DNA of 64,000 nt from Macrostomum lignano. Lineage: Eukaryota. Positions 59,241 through 64,000 of the stretch are shown here, one piece after another. Position 1 is the first letter of the stretch; every line of letters starts with the position of its first letter. The translations under genes were made by a program, and so were the position numbers. The notes beneath the pieces are model-generated. The model had not been told where the DNA came from. It saw nothing but the letters and a program-made list of their open reading frames with translations, and searched no databases. Location: positions 62,001 through 126,000 of the forward strand of contig NIVC01002325.1 of the NCBI GenBank assembly GCA_002269645.1, read 5' to 3'.

Positions 59241-61019
59241 CTGCTTTGTTCGCGCTCAGCACAATGTAGCTGGCCCAGTCATGGCATTTTGGCAGCCGCT
59301 GTTGCACACAGGTGAATGCAGGACTGAAAAGTTGAGTCATCCGCCTGCACTAAACTCGAGCTGCGTGGGGCCGAGTTTGCTTTGGATTATGACAGCTAGC
59401 TGACACAAGCAGCAAAAGTTCGGCTTTGTTCGAATGTAACCGTCAAAAGACTGCAGAAACTTATCATTTCATGAACTTTGCGAGTGAGACTTGCCTGCAT
59501 GACAAAGAACTTCTTTGGTATCGCAGCTGTAAATCAAAGGCCGAACAAATTTGTCAATAATTTCAAAATAATTTGAGTTCAGCTTATCAGCCTTTTTGAG
59601 TGTATTGAAAATCATCCTGAAAAAGATCGACGTTTTCCGTTCCGCTTCCAGCTCAGGCAGCTACAGAGGTCCTTGGTGTTACTATAAATAGCCTAGATCA
59701 GTAATTACGTGACAAGCGGAATCGAGAGTGGGCAGCACCATCCTGTTATTAGCTGACATTTTGGTGAAAAACAGGGACAACTAAAACACTCATTTGGTAT
59801 TTTATAAAGTTGTACTTTGGGTGAAAAATAGCACAAAAATTTTCGTTTTGTCTCCTCTCGGAGATTTTATGCACCTGACAGCTAGCTGCCACTCGGCTAG
59901 CGAATTTTTTGGACTAAAGACATGCATCAGTTTTATTCTCATCGTCTGCTTTCTGATCAAATTAAAGCAAATTTGTCAGCAATATTTGATTACTTAGATT
60001 ATGACCAGATGGAAGCAAAAAAGTTTTTCTAAGACGTAGTCTGTAAGCACCGGCGATCTTGCACAGTTGCAGGGAAAGATTAAGTATTACGCATGCAGAA
60101 GTACAGTATGAGCAGAAAATATCTAAACGGCATCCTGTGGTTCAAGTGCCGAATGCTGCAGGGCTTTAGTACTGAAAATTGTTGCAAATTTCCTGTGTTT
60201 AAATACATAGAAGAAACAGCGTAACTTCAGATGGATGTTGCTGTAGTACATGTTAGCTGCAGCTCAACAGATCATGATGGATTGGAGACTGCAGATTTGC
60301 CTATAACATGCGGACAAAGTAGGCTAAGAAATTTTGTACCTCCTATACATGTATCTACGTTCGTACCCAAATTATTAAGACTGATTTATACATTTTATAG
60401 TGGTAGCTCAAGCGAACGGTATCGCGGTTAAGTGCGGTATTTTAGTTTATTTGCAATAAAAAATGAGTGACATATAAGAAAGGGATCATTGGGGGTGAGT
60501 AACAGTGGCTTGAGTCACTGTCAACCCAGACAGATAGCGCCCACACCCAGCCAGCAAGCTGAGGGAAGGAATTGGACGCCTCGACCAGGCTCGCACACCC
60601 CTGCAATGACCGCGACAATATCAATTTTATTAGATCCTTCAAACGGTCATTTACGTCATTTACAACGGACTGACAAAAATCGATTTAGGTGACAAGTAAA
60701 ATTTATTTTCAACTTTGGTGGCCAATTTAAAACTGTCTTTGACACATATACTTGTCGAGGTCCTTAAGTCGTCCTATTTAAGTCGATGACACATGCATGT
60801 AGCTTCAACCCGGCACACTTTTGATTTTTGCACTTGGTAAAAAATAAACAAAACAAAAAACAATTGATTACTTTTAATTTCCTCGGTTTCTTTTACAGGG
60901 CGATCTCGGACAGCTTTAACTGTTATTATAATTGACGCAAATCTTTCTAATAGATTTTGTCGAAAATAAAAGTCGCAGTTTCTTTTTTTCAAAAAGGTTG
61001 TTAAATTCGCTGAAAAAAT

Positions 61020-61712
61020 TTGCTAGCAAAATTTGCTAGCAACAGTGTGATATCATCAGAACTTGAGCTTACTCCAATCTCTCAACGAATCGCTAAAACC
61101 TACCTCATCTATTGGCTGAAGATTAGACACAAAAAACTCTGCCAAACGACTCTAGAAATTTTCTACTCAAACACCGGCCAGAAAAATCCATGGAAAATGA
61201 ATGTACTAAAGAAACTGGAAAGTATAGACCTAAAAGCACTAACTGAAGATAAACTTTCCCAAAGCTTTAGTAACGAGAAATACCTAGTGAAAAAGCACCT
61301 CAAGATACACAGAGAAAGAGAACTTAGCCAAAAGCTAGAGAATCAGCAACATATTAAACTCTACAAAAACGCCTATCTCTACAAAAAAATCTGCAGGCCC
61401 GACCTTTCAGATTACTTTCCATGCACATTTAGAAACAAAAAATTCTTAACAACCCTCCTAAAACTGAAATGCGAGATTACACCCAACTTTTTTTCTCAAG
61501 AACCATGTAAAATGTGTGGAGCGCAAAATGGTTCTGACATCCTGCACTACTTGACCGAATGTCCACAAACTGAAGAGATCAGGAAAAAATACTTCTGCCA
61601 ATACCTCTTAAATGGCAATCAAATACACAAGATAGGATATGCTACAAATGAAAAAAGAGTCAGAAAAGAACTAACTGGTGTAGCTAAAATATTTGAAGTC
61701 ATGAATAGCTAA
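61020..61712 (+). mobile_element. Non-LTR retrotransposon ORF2 3' fragment with C-terminal zinc knuckle
   Basis: AT-rich ORF with CKMC...DILHYLTECP....IRKKY. Confidence 0.6.
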
Positions 61713-62989
61713 AACAGTTAAACAAACTGACTCAGATACATCAGCAGTGTAACAAACCCGCTTTTCAGTCATTTATTCATTTACTGTCTTTTTTAATTTC
61801 CTATTTAAATCGTCGTTAATCGTTAGACGTTAAGTTCGTTCGAAGTATGTTTATGTTCGTTTTTCACGCTTTGATATATTACGCGCTTTCAAAAATACTA
61901 CATGTCCTTTTACAAAAATCGCATAGTATTGAGAGCAATCCTTAATTATACTGATTATTTGTTATATTTGTTAAGATCTAACTACCTTTCCTGAATCGCA
62001 TTCTAGAAGAATCGTTTTGCTTTAAGGTCCAGCCGTGTCCCACTCGTGAGGCCATTCTATCCTCGGAAAACACGGCCTTGCAGCCCAGTAATGAATGCAG
62101 CGGTGTAGCGCTGCATGTATTTCTGGCTTTATTTTACGTTGTATTTAATACATTTGCGCACGTATGCACCAGCCGGTTCTATAAGCCACCGTGGGTGATA
62201 TTGGTAAACAAGTGTACAATTCAAATTGCATTTTAGCTAGCTATTAAAATAAGCCTGCCTATACATAAAATTTTACCACTTGCCAATTAGTTAGGCTTAG
62301 ATTTATTTATTGCTCTTTAGACTTTGGAATCATTTAAAATTTACATAACTATATCCTATTTTTTGTTTAGCCTAGGCAAAATGCATATTTAATAAGCTTT
62401 CTAGGCTTCTAAAATCTAATAGCAATAGATAAAAACTACCTACCTAGTAATTTTTTACCTAATAGTAATACAAAGCCAAGCCTTCTTTTGTGTTATAAAG
62501 CCTTTATGCTATGTTAGAATATGTTTTTTAATGATAATAAGATTAAGAATCTTTTTTTTCTTTGGATCTAAAATTCATTTGGTCCTTCTTTAATTTAAGT
62601 AGCTTAGGCCTATCTTTTTATAAGACCTAAGCCTAGCCTATGTTTATAATGTATTATATTAAAATGTTTTAATAATATTGTTTTATGGAAATCAAAAGTA
62701 GGAATATAACTATATAAGATAAAGCATGCCTAAAAATAAAATAAAAATCTTTTTGAAATAATTAGCCATAGTCTAATCAACTATAGACTAAGTAATAACT
62801 ATTCATTGCCACTATATAAAGTCATGATATCCCTCTAGTTGTGACCTTTTCTTCCCCTCTAATGCTAGGCCTTACCTTTTTCTTTCTAGCCCATATTCTC
62901 TTCTCTAAAGCCTCACCTTCTTTTCCCTTCAGTATTACCCTCCTCCCCAGTCCCACAATGTTTTCCCATTAAATTCTTACCCTTTTTTC

Positions 62990-64000
62990 ATAATCTCACC
63001 CTCTTACTCCTACCCTCTAGCCCCACCTTCCTAGCCTCTAGTCCCACTATCCTTCCCTCCAGCCCCACCCTCCTTCCCTCTAGCCCCGCCCTCCCTTCCA
63101 GCTTCCACCCTTTTCTCTCCTCTAGACCCATCCCTTCTCTCCAGCCCCACCCCTTCCTTCCAGCCCCACCCATTCCCTCCAGCCCTATCTCTTCCCTCCA
63201 GCCCCTCCCCTTCCCTCCAGCCCCACCCCTTTCCTCTAGCCCCAACCCTCGCCTCCAGCTTCCACCCTCTTCTCCCCTCTAGCCTAACCCTCCTACCCTC
63301 TAGCCCCACCCTCCTTCCCTCCAGCCCCACCCTCCTCTCTAGCCCCACCCTCCTTCCCTCCAGCCCCACCCTCCTACCCTCTAGCCCCACCCTCCTTCCC
63401 TCCAGCCCCACCCTCCTACCCTCTAGCCCCACCCTCCTTCCCTCCAGCCCCACCCTCCTACCCTCTAGCCCCTCTCCTTCCCTCCAGCCCCACCCCTTTC
63501 CTCTAGCCCCAACCCTCCCCTCCAGCTTCCACCCTCTTCTCCCCTCTAGCCCAACCCTCCTACCCTCTAGCCCCACCCTCCTACCCTCTAGCCCACCCTC
63601 CTTCCCTCCAGCCCCACCCTCCTACTCTCTAGCCCCACCCTCTTTCCCTCCAGCCCCACCCTCTTCTGTAGCCCCATCCCACCCCCTTCCCTCCAGCCCC
63701 ACCCTCCTACCCTCTAGCCCTGCCCTCCCCTCCAGTTTCCAACCTCTTCTCCTTTCTAGCCCCACCCTCCCCTCCAGCTTCCACCCTCTTCTCCCTCCAG
63801 CCCCACCCTCCTACCCTCCAGCCCCACCCTCCCCTCCAGTTTCCAACCTCTTCTCCCCTCCAGCCTCACCCTCTTCTCCCCTCCAGCCCCACCCTCCTAC
63901 CCTCTAGCCCCACCCTCCCCTCCAGCTTCCACCCTCTTCTCCCCTCCAGCCCCACCCTCCTTCCCTCCAGCCCCACCCTCCTACCCTCTAGCCCCACCCT
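62990..64000. repeat. Pyrimidine-rich ~21-bp array running off the window end
   Basis: Unit CCAGCCCCACCCTCCTTCCCT with variants. Confidence 0.95.

Overview
Eukaryotic (animal) genomic DNA: spliced genes with GC-rich codons, and about 40 different mini/microsatellite arrays covering roughly one third of the window by hand estimate. The style resembles the flatworm Macrostomum, which is an unverified inference. The dominant feature is a tandem cluster of about 17-18 MS4A/CD20-like four-transmembrane genes, pseudogenes and fragments. All lie on + except one inverted copy. They share conserved TM/cysteine motifs but have very variable extracellular loops, PPxY tails, and in four copies a VNTR-coded GYPGQQ-type heptad tail. 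Also present: a two-exon GRWD1/RRB1 gene, a secreted or GPI-type PAN/apple-domain gene, an acidic orphan ORF, non-LTR retrotransposon remnants, a tRNA-derived CORE-type SINE, two MITEs with 8-bp target-site duplications and a Penelope-type minimal hammerhead motif. Most long ORFs in the supplied track are translations of tandem repeats or antisense shadows. All alignments, counts and repeat units were done by eye.
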